Origin: Gammaproteobacteria bacterium
GTDB lineage: Bacteria > Pseudomonadota > Gammaproteobacteria > GCA-001735895
NCBI GenBank assembly: GCA_050298595.1
Contig: JBNKUM010000085.1
Span: 192,001-256,000 of the forward strand
Length of the DNA: 64,000 bases
Direction of reading: 5' to 3'
A program made the position numbers and the translations under genes. Shown in pieces: positions 1-16,967 of this stretch. The notes under the pieces were generated by a model that had not been told where the DNA came from, ran no database searches, and saw nothing but the letters and a program-made list of their open reading frames with translations. Positions within the stretch are counted from its first letter, which is position 1. The number at the start of each line of letters is the position of its first letter.

Positions 1-533
1 TGCCGTCTGGTATGGTTGGCATGGGTGAGTGTAAAAATGCAAATCAACTGCTGGAGCTGATTCGGTCGCATTTTGGTAATTATTTTAATCTGACGGTTGC
101 GGCCTACCCAGAGGCCCATCCTGATTCCAGACACCTGCTAAGCGAAGTCGAATTCTTCGTCCAAAAGATGAATGCTGGAGCTGACGCAGCGATCACCCAG
201 TACTTCTATAACTGTGACAGCTATTATCACTTTATGGATCTATGTACAGCACAAGGTATTCAGCAGCCGGTTTATCCGGGAATAATGCCGATAGCCAATT
301 TCGACAGTCTTAAACGGTTTTCCAGACAATGCGGTGCTGAGATTCCGCGCTGGATCAAAAAAAGCATGGCTGCTTATGAAAATAACTCGGAGTCGCAACG
401 TCAGCTTGGAATAGAAATTGTAACCCGCCAGTGTGAACAGTTGATTGCCAACGGTGTGCCAGGATTACACTTTTACACCATGAACCAGTCAACACTGACT
501 CGTGCTATCCTGCACAATCTGAATCTGGATTAA
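1..533 (+). CDS. metF: 5,10-methylenetetrahydrofolate reductase (5' part outside window)
   Basis: VAAYPEAHP, AITQYFY, PGIMPI and GLHFYTMN motifs; frame is open back to the window edge. Confidence 0.93.
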   Translation, partial: PSGMVGMGECKNANQLLELIRSHFGNYFNLTVAAYPEAHPDSRHLLSEVEFFVQKMNAGADAAITQYFYNCDSYYHFMDLCTAQGIQQPVYPGIMPIANFDSLKRFSRQCGAEIPRWIKKSMAAYENNSESQRQLGIEIVTRQCEQLIANGVPGLHFYTMNQSTLTRAILHNLNLD

Positions 534-547
534 TTCTCAAGGGTAAG

Positions 548-1282
548 ATGCGTCTTTCACGTATATACATTGATGAGCCCCTCTCCACTGGTCAAAGTGT
601 GTCACTACCAGTGGACAGGGCTCATTACGTAAAAAATGTATTACGACTGCAAAATGGCCAACAGATTTTGCTGTTTAATGGAACTGAAGCCCTTGACCAT
701 CTGGCTCAGATTCGCATTGAGGGCAAAAACGTTAGTGCCCAGCTGCAATCATCTATTCCGAAATCCAATGACCCCTCTATCGACATCCGCCTGATACAGG
801 CTCTGGGACGCTCAGAACATAATGACTTTGTGATTCAAAAGGGTACTGAGCTAGGCGCCAGTCATTTCATTTTTTTTAATGCTGAGCGGACTCAATCACC
901 CCTGAAATCGAGTCGCCTGGATAAGAAGTTATCGCACTGGAAATCGATAGCGATCAGCGCCAGTGAGCAGTGTAAGCGAAATATAATTCCTCAAATTACC
1001 TTCTCCCGATCACTTGAAGATTGCCTGCTTAAAACAAGTTCAGGCAATGGCATATTACTGGATTTAGGGGGTGAAAAATTTTCTCAGATTGCTGGACGTT
1101 TAAATCCAGTTAATCCACTTTACATTGTAATCGGGCCGGAAGGCGGATTTAATCACCAGGAAGTTCAGCTATTAACTGACAGTGAATTACTGGCCTGTAA
1201 TATTGGGCCAAGAGTTTTGCGCATGGAATCTGCAGCAATTAGTGCAATAACGCTAATGCAACATTATCTGGGAGACATGTAA
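548..1282 (+). CDS. rsmE: 16S rRNA m3U1498 methyltransferase
   Basis: HYVKNVLRL, QKGTELG, SASEQC and IGPEGGF...GPRVLRMESA SPOUT motifs. Confidence 0.95.
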   Translation: MRLSRIYIDEPLSTGQSVSLPVDRAHYVKNVLRLQNGQQILLFNGTEALDHLAQIRIEGKNVSAQLQSSIPKSNDPSIDIRLIQALGRSEHNDFVIQKGTELGASHFIFFNAERTQSPLKSSRLDKKLSHWKSIAISASEQCKRNIIPQITFSRSLEDCLLKTSSGNGILLDLGGEKFSQIAGRLNPVNPLYIVIGPEGGFNHQEVQLLTDSELLACNIGPRVLRMESAAISAITLMQHYLGDM

Positions 1283-1311
1283 GAAATAACATAAAAAAAA
1301 TTACTAAGTGA

Positions 1312-1770
1312 TCAGTGTTGAATTTTCTGTTTCAGACTAATCAGGATGGCATCAAGATCCGGGATAAACAACTGACCAATTATCGCGTCGGCCTGTGTCA
1401 CTAAATACTTACAATCAACAGCCACATTTGACTGAATCAATCGCTCTTCTTCAGCCAGATAGGCGCGTGGAATATCCTGCAAGATGATGCCAAAATAGGG
1501 CATACTCTGATCTCCGGTCAAATTATACACAATAGCGATTCGACTACGTGGCCCAGGCTCAATCGTGACATTCTGGCACATTTTTTCTACGGATATCACT
1601 GGCACCATAGCACCGCGCCAGGAGATTTCACCATTGTACCAGTCAGATCCTTCATAGCCGACTTCAGGCTCCGTGTAACCGATGATTTCTGCTACCGCCG
1701 AATTAGGTAACAGCAGATACATACCCATCAAAGGTAATTGCATACAACGAATTGAAGAATTCTCAGCCAT
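1312..1770 (-). CDS. chpC: CheW-like chemosensory pili protein ChpC
   Basis: LLLPNSAVAEII...GEISWRG..VPVISVE CheW-like fold; directly downstream of chpA. Confidence 0.85.
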   Translation of the reverse strand: MAENSSIRCMQLPLMGMYLLLPNSAVAEIIGYTEPEVGYEGSDWYNGEISWRGAMVPVISVEKMCQNVTIEPGPRSRIAIVYNLTGDQSMPYFGIILQDIPRAYLAEEERLIQSNVAVDCKYLVTQADAIIGQLFIPDLDAILISLKQKIQH

Positions 1771-1793
1771 AATCTAATTCGTACTCTTAGTCA

Positions 1794-7895
<6,102 letters not shown>

Positions 7896-7913
7896 ATCTG
7901 CCCTATACCGTTG

Positions 7914-10061
7914 TTAAACCTGCTCTGATTCTGGATTGAAGCTAGCCAGATCATTGACATTATTGATAATTGTACTTTCCGGCGTAACCTGCAGGTCATC
8001 TGGCAGTTTAAATCCAGCCACAGAATGATGCAGTGCTTTAACCATTCCAGATAACTGACCTATTGATTCGGCTGTATGCACGGCATTTTCTGATGTCTTT
8101 ATAGTAATCTGTTGAATCTCATCCATATTTTGGGTGATTTCCACACTGTCCTTAGCGTGCTTCTGAGTCGCATTGGATATCTGCAAAATACGTTGCGCGA
8201 GATTGGTTGATACCGTTTCAATTTTATCCAGAGCGTTACCCGCATCCTCTGCCAGATTGGCGCCTTCAACCACGTTAGAGGTACTTTGTTCCATTGATGA
8301 AATCGCTTCATTTGTATCTGCCTGAATGGTTTTCACCAGCGCTTCTATCTGCTTGGTCGCATCACCCGTCCTTTCCGCCAGTCGTTGTACTTCATCCGCA
8401 ACCACCGCGAAGCCTCGACCCGCTTCACCCGCCATGGATGCCTGTATTGCCGCATTCAATGCGAGAATGTTGGTTTGATCCGAGATCTCATTAATCAGGT
8501 TTACGATATCACCGATTTCCTGCGAGCTTTCACCCAATCGTTTAATTCGTTTTGAAGTTTCCTGTATTTGCTCACGTATAGATTCCATACCAGCAATAGT
8601 TTTTCTTACTGTTTCACCACCATTATGAGCGATGTTTACCGAGTTTCTCGCAACATCTGCAGAGTCAGATGCATTCTTAGACACCTCACTCATGCTTTCT
8701 GATATTGAAGTAATGGATGAGCTGGCTAGAGAGATTTCTTTTGCCTGTTGTTCACTTGCCCTCGCCAGCTCACTGGTAGTAGCCTGGGTTCTCTTCACCG
8801 AGCTGGCAACCTGCACAGCAGTTAAGTTGATAGTTCCAACCAGATCACGTAGTGCATCAATAGAGTAGTTTACCGAGTCAGCAATCGCACCGGTAATATC
8901 TTCAGTTACTGTAGTATGTGTAGAGAGGTCACCATCAGCAAGATTGGTCATCTCATCCAGCAGCCTGAGGATCGCTCTCTGGTTTCTTTCATTCTGTTGC
9001 TGAGACTCTTCTAACTGTTGATTAGATGCTTTTACCAGTTGCATACCAAGCAATATGAGAAGGATAACCGCCACACCACCAGCCAAATAAGAAAGAAAAA
9101 TCAGATAGCCAAGCCCTTCATTATAAAGAGAGAGATTGCTGCCAAAATCTCGCGATGCCGCCAACAATTTAACACTGATAAGTTGAATGTTACTAGCTGC
9201 GTCACGTACTTCAAATAACTGCGGAGAATTTTTCAGAATCTGATCTACATTCTTTTTCACCACTGAAAACAGATCAGCAAGTTGTAACAGCTTTGAAACA
9301 ACTTCATCTCCGGTTAACTTTGTTATACCTAGCTCTCTGTCTCCTTCCAGCATACCAATCAGAATGCGTTCGATGAGCACGGTTTCTCGGCCGAATTGAT
9401 CAGCAGCAGCCATAACTACTTCACCACCACCCATGATTCGATTCAGGCTGTTTTGTACCGACTGGATTAATGCCAGCTGTTTAGAAGCCGAAGCGATATC
9501 GGTTCTAGGCGCTTTATTTTTTACCAGAATTTTAACTACATCATCTGACAGCACCAGCAGTTCTGGTATTGATTCATTAATCAGCGTGACATATTCGGTT
9601 ACTGTCTCGATTGCCACACGAGCATTAAGGATAGTGTCTATGCCTTTATTGTACTCCAGCCAAACCTGCTTGATTTTATCCAGATCCCCCTGCAATTCAA
9701 AAGGAATCGGTGGTAGACCCTGCTCAGGATCACCTGAATTAAGCTGTGTTAAAGTGTTTTCAAAACGTGACTGATAGCGTTTCAACTGTACAAATGCAGC
9801 AGAATTGCCTATGGATGCTTCCAGTGCAAAGGTAGCAATCTGCTGCGATACGATCTGTTGCTCATTTGAAATATTAGCATAAGCCTTAGTATGCTTTTCC
9901 TGAGTAGTTTCATAGCTAAATAAAATAACCATGGCCAGAATGGCAGCAACAATCCCCAGGGCATAAACCAACACACTGCGGCTGCCTTTTGAAACTGACC
10001 TACCCCTAGCACTAGCCCCTTTTTTTCCTAGTAATGATTTTTTTGTACCAAATAACCCCAT
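7914..10061 (-). CDS. pilJ: Methyl-accepting chemotaxis protein PilJ
   Basis: Two TM segments; [36 protein letters not shown] signalling domain; [12 protein letters not shown]. Confidence 0.95.
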   Translation of the reverse strand: MGLFGTKKSLLGKKGASARGRSVSKGSRSVLVYALGIVAAILAMVILFSYETTQEKHTKAYANISNEQQIVSQQIATFALEASIGNSAAFVQLKRYQSRFENTLTQLNSGDPEQGLPPIPFELQGDLDKIKQVWLEYNKGIDTILNARVAIETVTEYVTLINESIPELLVLSDDVVKILVKNKAPRTDIASASKQLALIQSVQNSLNRIMGGGEVVMAAADQFGRETVLIERILIGMLEGDRELGITKLTGDEVVSKLLQLADLFSVVKKNVDQILKNSPQLFEVRDAASNIQLISVKLLAASRDFGSNLSLYNEGLGYLIFLSYLAGGVAVILLILLGMQLVKASNQQLEESQQQNERNQRAILRLLDEMTNLADGDLSTHTTVTEDITGAIADSVNYSIDALRDLVGTINLTAVQVASSVKRTQATTSELARASEQQAKEISLASSSITSISESMSEVSKNASDSADVARNSVNIAHNGGETVRKTIAGMESIREQIQETSKRIKRLGESSQEIGDIVNLINEISDQTNILALNAAIQASMAGEAGRGFAVVADEVQRLAERTGDATKQIEALVKTIQADTNEAISSMEQSTSNVVEGANLAEDAGNALDKIETVSTNLAQRILQISNATQKHAKDSVEITQNMDEIQQITIKTSENAVHTAESIGQLSGMVKALHHSVAGFKLPDDLQVTPESTIINNVNDLASFNPESEQV

Positions 10062-10092
10062 AATACCCTCGATAAAAATAGTCGCTTAGCGA

Positions 10093-10626
10093 TCAGACAA
10101 TCTTGAGAAATTGTTCGTGTTGAACCAGTCTGTCTACGCTAAAAATAAACCATTCATTCTGGTCATCATCGAAAACACCATCCAGATAGGGTTCCAGAGA
10201 TCCATTTCCAGACACCTCCAGTTCCTTTCTCATATCAGGCTTAAATCTGCGTAGACCGAAAACCTCTTCAACCAACAAAGCAGCCACAACTCCATTCCGA
10301 TCAATAATCAAAACTCGACTATCCCCAGGTTTATCGATAGCTTGACTGTTTAAAAATTTATTCATATCCAGCACAGGCATCAGGTTGCCACGAATATTGG
10401 CCAATCCCTTTACCCAGCTCAGCACACCGGGTACCCGTATGGTTTGAGGCGGAGGCAGGATTTCAGCTACTTCATTCATCGGTGCAATTAGTCTAGTACC
10501 TGCTAATTTAAAGCCTATACCCACCCAATCATGGACGACTTTAGCACCTGTAGGCAGACCATTGGCGTTCTGACGGCAGCGCTGGTCATATTCCTGCAAT
10601 AGCGCAAAAGGGGAGGAGGCTACCAT
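10093..10626 (-). CDS. pilI: CheW-like protein PilI
   Basis: VPGVLSWVKGLANIRGNLMPV; lies between pilH and pilJ. Confidence 0.92.
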   Translation of the reverse strand: MVASSPFALLQEYDQRCRQNANGLPTGAKVVHDWVGIGFKLAGTRLIAPMNEVAEILPPPQTIRVPGVLSWVKGLANIRGNLMPVLDMNKFLNSQAIDKPGDSRVLIIDRNGVVAALLVEEVFGLRRFKPDMRKELEVSGNGSLEPYLDGVFDDDQNEWFIFSVDRLVQHEQFLKIV

Positions 10627-10631
10627 AATTT

Positions 10632-10994
10632 TTAGTTAAGCACCTGGTTGATTCTCGAAATAAGATCAGCTTCATTTGCTGGTTTTACAATATAATCTTT
10701 AGCACCCTGACGCATCCCCCAAATCCTGTCAGTCTCCTGGTCTTTGGTAGTAATAATAATTACCGGGATATTTGCAGTAGCTGGATTACGGCTAAGATCT
10801 CGAGTTGCCTGAAATCCATTCTTACCTGGCATCACTACATCCATCAAGATACAATCAGGTTTCAAATTAATAGCTTTTTCTATGCCTTCTTCGCCATTAC
10901 TGGCTACTGAAACCTGGATTTGATTCTTTTCCAGAATCGATTTAAAAACATGGACTTCAGTAGGTGAATCATCAATGATTAATATGTGTGTCAT
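10632..10994 (-). CDS. pilH: Response regulator PilH
   Basis: DDSPTE, LMDVVMPGKNGFQATR, KDQETDRIWGMRQGA. Confidence 0.95.
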   Translation of the reverse strand: MTHILIIDDSPTEVHVFKSILEKNQIQVSVASNGEEGIEKAINLKPDCILMDVVMPGKNGFQATRDLSRNPATANIPVIIITTKDQETDRIWGMRQGAKDYIVKPANEADLISRINQVLN

Positions 10995-11025
10995 TTATCT
11001 TAAGCCTCGATAACTGGAAACGACG

Positions 11026-11445
11026 TTAAACGCTCGCCACATGCGAGGTAATCGCCCCTATCAGATCTTCTTTAGAAAAAGGTTTGGTTAAATATTCTTC
11101 AGAACCAACAATACGTCCTCTAGCCCGATCAAAAATACTATCTTTACTAGACAGCATAATTACCGGGGTAGACTTGAATGTCTGATTATTTTTAATGAGA
11201 GCACAGGTCTGATAACCATCCAGACGTGGCATCATAATATCTACAAAAATGATATCAGGGTTATGCTCGGTAATTTTGGCCAGTGCCTCAAAACCATCTG
11301 TGGCTGTAACCACATCGCAGCCTACCTTTTTAAGTAAGGTTTCAGCGCTTCTCCGTATCGTTTTACTATCATCAATTACCATAACCTTTACATTTAGCCG
11401 TAAAGGTGGTTTTAGATTTGCTGATTGTTGAGACTCGTCGCTCAC
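11026..11445 (-). CDS. pilG: Response regulator PilG
   Basis: KVMVIDDSKTIRRSAETLL...DIMMPRLDGYQTCALIKNN; GTG start. Confidence 0.95.
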   Translation of the reverse strand: MSDESQQSANLKPPLRLNVKVMVIDDSKTIRRSAETLLKKVGCDVVTATDGFEALAKITEHNPDIIFVDIMMPRLDGYQTCALIKNNQTFKSTPVIMLSSKDSIFDRARGRIVGSEEYLTKPFSKEDLIGAITSHVASV

Positions 11446-11650
11446 ATCTCCCCCGATTTTAATATAAGTGCTTCACAGCCAATTCGGTCGCAAGTGATTA
11501 TAGACAGCATTTTGTTTTAAACCAGTGCTTTATTAAAAAAAAGTAAAGTAGATTCTAAATCAATACTAACAATACTGCCACGTTAAATATTTTTTACATT
11601 ATAACTACTAAATCAGTAGAATAAGCCGACATAAATCAACCAGATCGAGC

Positions 11651-12949
11651 ATGAACGTTCTAAGCTTACCTACAGTCCCTCATCTCATCACCGCCAACTA
11701 TCATCCACCAGAAGAATTAGAGAGACACATTCTTAACCATCAGGATGATATTGAGATCTGGTTTCACCAGCAATTCCAGGAATTTCCTGCTCCTTTCTAT
11801 ACCAGTGTAGACCTGCGTAACACAGGGTACAAACTGCCCCCGATAGATACTAACCTTTTTCCTGCAAGCTTTAATAACCTGAATCCAGCATCTAAGCCCT
11901 TATGTATACAGGCTATACAGATCGCACTGGAACGCTTTTGCCCAGATGCGAAAGGCATATTGATTATACCTGAAAACCATACACGTAACCTTGCTTACCT
12001 GGAAAATGTAGCAACCATTCAGGATTACATCAGTATTGCTGGTTATCGTTGCGCTTTAGGCACTCTAAGAGATGATGTTAAGTCCATAATCTCTATCGAT
12101 CTTCCTAGTGGGCGCTCAATTACGTTAAATAAAATCCACCGTAACGAAAACAATCAAATCAGTATAGATGATTTTACGCCATGTGCAGTATTATTAAACA
12201 ACGACATGTCTAGCGACCTGCCCAGAATTCTTAAGAACATACAACAAACCATAATCCCACCGTTAGATCTGAACTGGTCTAACCGTTCTAAGTCTGATCA
12301 TTTCCAGATTTATGATGATGTGGCAAGTAAATTCTGCGAGATAATAGATATAGACCCCTGGTTAATCCCCCCCCTGTTCACCAATTGCGGTGCAATTGAC
12401 TTTATGAAGCGCGAAGGAGAGGAATGTCTGATTAAAAACACTAGAGATCAGCTAGAGCAGATACAGAAGAAATACAATGAATACGGCATTACCGATAAGC
12501 CTTATGTAGCCATCAAGGCTGACCAGGGCACCAATGACATGCGTATTATGGTCGCTTATTCAGAAGATGACACAAAAGGCCTGAATAGAAAACAACGTAA
12601 CAATATGTCTTCAATTAAACAAGGTTGCGATACCTCAGAAGTCATACTGCAGGAAGGCGTACCGACCAGTGAAACCAGAGGCGATAACCGGCACACAGCA
12701 GAACCTGTAGCTACTATGATCGATCATTATATGGCTGGTGGCTTTTATCGCATACATCCCAGGAAAAGCACCACAGGCAACCTGAATTCTCCAGACATGT
12801 CTTTCGAACCTCTGGCATTTGCCGAAGCCTGCAATACCCCTGATGAAGAACTTGCAGAAGACGCCCGTCCAAACCGTTTCTATTCCTATGGCGTCATTGG
12901 CCGACGGGATCAATTAGCTGCTGCACGCGAAATTCAACAAGTCGATTAA
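11651..12949 (+). CDS. gshA: Glutamate-cysteine ligase, Acidithiobacillus/betaproteobacterial type; strongly diverged, possibly decaying
   Basis: VPHL, SVDLRN, DTNLFP, IPENHTRN, LLNND and PNRFYSYGV motifs; immediately upstream of gshB. Confidence 0.88.
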   Translation: MNVLSLPTVPHLITANYHPPEELERHILNHQDDIEIWFHQQFQEFPAPFYTSVDLRNTGYKLPPIDTNLFPASFNNLNPASKPLCIQAIQIALERFCPDAKGILIIPENHTRNLAYLENVATIQDYISIAGYRCALGTLRDDVKSIISIDLPSGRSITLNKIHRNENNQISIDDFTPCAVLLNNDMSSDLPRILKNIQQTIIPPLDLNWSNRSKSDHFQIYDDVASKFCEIIDIDPWLIPPLFTNCGAIDFMKREGEECLIKNTRDQLEQIQKKYNEYGITDKPYVAIKADQGTNDMRIMVAYSEDDTKGLNRKQRNNMSSIKQGCDTSEVILQEGVPTSETRGDNRHTAEPVATMIDHYMAGGFYRIHPRKSTTGNLNSPDMSFEPLAFAEACNTPDEELAEDARPNRFYSYGVIGRRDQLAAAREIQQVD

Positions 12950-12953
12950 ACAT

Positions 12954-13913
12954 ATGTCCACAGAAAAAAAACTGGGCATCGTAATGGATGCCATCGAAAG
13001 CATTAAGCCTTACAAAGACAGTAGCTTTGCCATGTTGCTGGAAGCACAAATACGTGGCTGGCAGATCTTTTATATCCAGCTAACGGATATCTTCATGGAT
13101 CAATCAGTCAGCTACGCCGAAAGCATGCAACTCAAGGTCACTGATAATACAGCTGACTTTTTTGAGCTAAGTAATCCCTCTACAATAAAATTATCCGATA
13201 TGGATGTCATCCTGATGCGCAAGGATCCACCCTTTAATATGGAGTACATCTATGCAACCTACTTACTGGAACAGGCTGAACAGAAGGGCACATTGGTCAT
13301 CAATAAGCCGCAGAGCCTGCGCGACTGTAATGAAAAACTTTTCACCTATCAATTCCCGCAATGCTGCGCCCCCTTTCGTGTTTCACGCAAAGCGAGTCTG
13401 TTAAAAGAGTTTCTGGATATTCATCAGGATATCATTATCAAACCACTGGACGGCATGGGTGGTCGATCAATCTTCCGCGTTAATCAAGATGACCCGAATA
13501 CTAACGCCATTATTGAGAATGTGACTCAGTATGGCGAGCAACAGGCCATGGTGCAGAAATTCATCCCGCAAATCTCTGCCGGTGACAAACGCATTTTGTT
13601 GATAGATGGAAAACCCGTACCTTATGCTTTAGCCCGCATACCTGCAGAGGGAGAAAATCGTGGCAACCTGGCCGCAGGCGCCAGCTCTAGAGCACAACCA
13701 CTTAGCGAACGTGACTACTGGATCTGCCAGCAGATAGCGCCTACCCTGCAGCAAAAAGGATTGATATTTGTCGGAATAGATGTGATTGGCGATTATCTTA
13801 CCGAAATCAATGTGACCAGCCCGACCTGTATCCGCGAGCTCGATAAAGCTTATAACCTGAATATTAGTGCAGACCTATTTGAATGTATCGAACAAAAGTT
13901 AAACTCCGTCTGA
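12954..13913 (+). CDS. gshB: Glutathione synthetase
   Basis: KDSSFAML, MRKDPPF, KPLDGMGG, RGNLAAG, TEINVTSPTCIRE. Confidence 0.97.
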   Translation: MSTEKKLGIVMDAIESIKPYKDSSFAMLLEAQIRGWQIFYIQLTDIFMDQSVSYAESMQLKVTDNTADFFELSNPSTIKLSDMDVILMRKDPPFNMEYIYATYLLEQAEQKGTLVINKPQSLRDCNEKLFTYQFPQCCAPFRVSRKASLLKEFLDIHQDIIIKPLDGMGGRSIFRVNQDDPNTNAIIENVTQYGEQQAMVQKFIPQISAGDKRILLIDGKPVPYALARIPAEGENRGNLAAGASSRAQPLSERDYWICQQIAPTLQQKGLIFVGIDVIGDYLTEINVTSPTCIRELDKAYNLNISADLFECIEQKLNSV

Positions 13914-14923
13914 TTCAGTTTTTTCTACTCATTGCCCTTATCTCAAGCACCGCCTGTCAAACGGAAAGAAACCATTCACAACAGTTTCTTCAGTTTGGGA
14001 CGCTGATTGATATTACACTGGCATCAACTACCGAGGAAAAAGCCAACAGCTCCTTTGCCGAGATTGAAGCATTGTTAGTTAAAAGACATAGTGACTGGCA
14101 CGGCTGGGAAGACGGAAGCCTGACACGCTTTAATAAAGCGCTGCATGAATCACCTGACAAAGGCATTCCTGTACCAGAAAATCTGCACCGCTTAATTCAG
14201 GATTCAAAAAAGTATTATCAAATCAGCGGCGGATTATTTAACCCTGCATTAGGCAAACTGATAGGTGCCTGGGGCTTTCATGGTCATGCTGAATCCGATC
14301 TACCATTGATTAATGAAATAAAGAAAAACATCCCGGGCATGGATGACCTCCAAATTCGCAATCAACTCGCCTATTCAAACAACCCCCATCTACAGCTTGA
14401 TTTTGGCGGTATTGCCAAAGGCCTCGCGATCCAGGAAATCCAGCAATTATTAGAAGGCAAAGACATTGAAAATTTTATTATAAATGCTGGCGGCGACATC
14501 CTCGCAGCTGGTCAAAATGGCAATCGAAACTGGCGAGTCGCGATACAGGACCCATTTAAAGAAGACGTAATTGGTACTATCGAACTGGCACCGTCACAGA
14601 GTATTTTCACCTCAGGCAACTATCGCCGATTTCACAACCAGCCCGACCATAAAAAACGTCACCACATCATCAATCCCAAAACAGGTGAACCATCACTTTA
14701 CATCAGCTCAGCCACTGTAATTAGCAATGACCCGATATTGGCCGATGCTGCAGCAACGACACTCATGCTTGGGGCCAAAGATCAAATCAAAGATCTTGCT
14801 TTAGCGCTGGGTATACAGCAATACATGGTCATCACCGAACAAAGCGAAGTTATTATCAGCCAATCGATGTACGATAAACTAGTTTGGCATGAACAGCAGC
14901 AATTCAAAATTCAATTACAGTAA
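13883..14923 (+). CDS. apbE: FAD:protein FMN transferase (lipoprotein)
   Basis: Lipobox-like STAC; DFGGIAKG, INAGGD, TSGNYRR, HHIINPKTG; exact start uncertain. Confidence 0.9.
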   Translation: MYRTKVKLRLIQFFLLIALISSTACQTERNHSQQFLQFGTLIDITLASTTEEKANSSFAEIEALLVKRHSDWHGWEDGSLTRFNKALHESPDKGIPVPENLHRLIQDSKKYYQISGGLFNPALGKLIGAWGFHGHAESDLPLINEIKKNIPGMDDLQIRNQLAYSNNPHLQLDFGGIAKGLAIQEIQQLLEGKDIENFIINAGGDILAAGQNGNRNWRVAIQDPFKEDVIGTIELAPSQSIFTSGNYRRFHNQPDHKKRHHIINPKTGEPSLYISSATVISNDPILADAAATTLMLGAKDQIKDLALALGIQQYMVITEQSEVIISQSMYDKLVWHEQQQFKIQLQ

Positions 14924-14985
14924 GTAATTCACCTGGCTAATTAAATAACTGGCGAGGCTAGCAGCATGTTGGCAAAATATAAAAT

Positions 14986-15879
14986 ATGAGTAACCCCACC
15001 CTAATTTCAAGCAAACCCAGCATCGGTGCCAATGACCGCCTGGGCTTCACTTTGTTTATTGCAATCGCGATACATTTGATCATAGTACTCGGCATAGGCT
15101 TCACTAAATCTGACGCAACCCAGGCAGAAACCATGCCCAGCCTGGATATCATACTGGCGAACACCAGCTCCCCAGAACAACCAGACAATCCGGATTTTCT
15201 CGCTCAGGACAACCAGACCGGAGGCGGAAACCAGGATGAAAAAGCGCGCCCAAGCGCACCTATATCAGCATCATCACCCATCAATGAGAAGGGACTAAGC
15301 GAACGCGCACAATCCCGAAAAATCGCCAACCGAGTGAGGGTTGAAAATATTTACTACATCAATAAACGCGAAGCACCGGACAAGATCGAACATGCAAAAC
15401 GTGATGATCGTGCGATACCACAGGAAATCAGTACCCAGGAAATCGAACGTCAACAACAGCGGATCGCCAGCCTGCGCGCTGAAATCCGCAAGATGACTGT
15501 TAATTACGCCAATCGTCCACGCTCAATCACACTTACTGCCAGCACCCGTAAAGCTGTGGAAGCTGGCTATCTAGCGAAATGGGTGAGCAAGATCGAACAC
15601 ATTGGTAACCTCAACTATCCGGCCGAAGCTGAGGTAAAAAAAATTAATGGTAGACTGCGCCTGAATGTTCGTATCAACTCACTGGGAGAGGTTATCGACG
15701 CTAAAGTAACCAAATCATCTGGAGAAGCCTTACTGGATGAAGCCGCCAGACGCATCGTTCGCCTGGCACAACCGTTCGACGCCTTCCCGGCAGAACTAAA
15801 GCAACGTGCGGATCAGATAGTGATCGTTCGCACCTGGGATTTTAACAGTAACAAACTCACCACCAGCGGCGGCTCCTGA
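14986..15879 (+). CDS. tonB: Energy transducer TonB family protein
   Basis: N-terminal TM with conserved His; DFLAQ; IGNLNYP and SSG..LLDEAARRIV TonB C-domain; usual position between gshB and yqgE. Confidence 0.85.
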   Translation: MSNPTLISSKPSIGANDRLGFTLFIAIAIHLIIVLGIGFTKSDATQAETMPSLDIILANTSSPEQPDNPDFLAQDNQTGGGNQDEKARPSAPISASSPINEKGLSERAQSRKIANRVRVENIYYINKREAPDKIEHAKRDDRAIPQEISTQEIERQQQRIASLRAEIRKMTVNYANRPRSITLTASTRKAVEAGYLAKWVSKIEHIGNLNYPAEAEVKKINGRLRLNVRINSLGEVIDAKVTKSSGEALLDEAARRIVRLAQPFDAFPAELKQRADQIVIVRTWDFNSNKLTTSGGS

Positions 15880-15881
15880 TC

Positions 15882-16445
15882 ATGCAGATCCAAAACAACC
15901 TGACCAATCAATACCTGCTTGCTACCCCTAATATTCAGGATCCACTGTTTGCTTCCAGCATCGTATACATGTGTGAACACAGTAGCGAAGGTAGCATGGG
16001 CATGGTCATCAACCATCTAGCAGACCAGACCTTGCAAAACATATTCGAGCAACTCGACATCGAATGCGATGACCCGGATATTCTCAGCACCCATGTATTC
16101 ATTGGCGGCCCGGTAAAGCTACAACAGGGATTCGTTTTGCATACCCCCCGTGGCAACTGGGATAAAACCATGCCGGTAGGTGATGATATTTACCTCACCA
16201 GTTCACGCGACATTCTGCAAGCTATTGCACAGCACGAAGGTCCACAAGAATTTCTGGTGTTACTCGGATTCTCCGGCTGGGCGGCTGGGCAACTGGAAAA
16301 AGAATTAGAGGAAAACTCCTGGTTAACCGCCAAAGCCTCACCTCTTATCACCTACAATCAGGATATAGATCAGAAGTGGCAAATGGCATTCGACACCCTC
16401 GGTTTTAATCTGGATAAACTATCCCCCTTCACAGGCCATGCCTGA
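15882..16445 (+). CDS. yqgE: YqgE/AlgH family protein (UPF0301)
   Basis: CEHSSEGSMGMVIN, GGPV, GFSGWAAGQLEKEL..NSW, C-terminal GHA. Confidence 0.93.
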   Translation: MQIQNNLTNQYLLATPNIQDPLFASSIVYMCEHSSEGSMGMVINHLADQTLQNIFEQLDIECDDPDILSTHVFIGGPVKLQQGFVLHTPRGNWDKTMPVGDDIYLTSSRDILQAIAQHEGPQEFLVLLGFSGWAAGQLEKELEENSWLTAKASPLITYNQDIDQKWQMAFDTLGFNLDKLSPFTGHA

Positions 16446-16869
16446 AGACAATATCACCGCCATCGGTTTTGACTTTGGCAGCTTCTGGATCGGTTCAGCC
16501 GTTGGGCAGACTCGCACCTGCACAGCTTCACCTCTGGAAGCCATACGAGCAAATCAATTCAAACCCGACTGGCCACATATCGAAAAACTGATCAAAACCT
16601 GGCAACCCACTCGACTTATCGTTGGTCTTCCGACCACCATGAATGATCAGGAGCATGAAATGACACGTCAGGCGCGCCGTTTCAGTCGCCAACTGGAAGG
16701 TCGCTTTCATATTAAAACCGAACTTATAGATGAGCGACTAACCACCCGAGAAGCCTGGCAGATAGTCGAACATCAAGCGAGCAAAAAACAAGACAAACAA
16801 ACCATCGACTGCATAGCAGCGGTACTCATCACTGAAAGCTGGCTGCATCACTATAAAAGCCAGCTTTAA
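16438..16869 (+). CDS. yqgF: Pre-16S rRNA nuclease / Holliday junction resolvase-like YqgF (RuvX)
   Basis: GFDFG..IG.AVGQ, VGLP, DERLTT. Confidence 0.93.
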   Translation: MPEDNITAIGFDFGSFWIGSAVGQTRTCTASPLEAIRANQFKPDWPHIEKLIKTWQPTRLIVGLPTTMNDQEHEMTRQARRFSRQLEGRFHIKTELIDERLTTREAWQIVEHQASKKQDKQTIDCIAAVLITESWLHHYKSQL

Positions 16870-16967
16870 GCGATTAGGACACCTCTAATCAAAAAAGTCA
16901 TTTCTGCTTAATTGTCAAATATGGTATAAAGCGACTACATTTATCGACTCAACCCCGGCTGTAAAAA

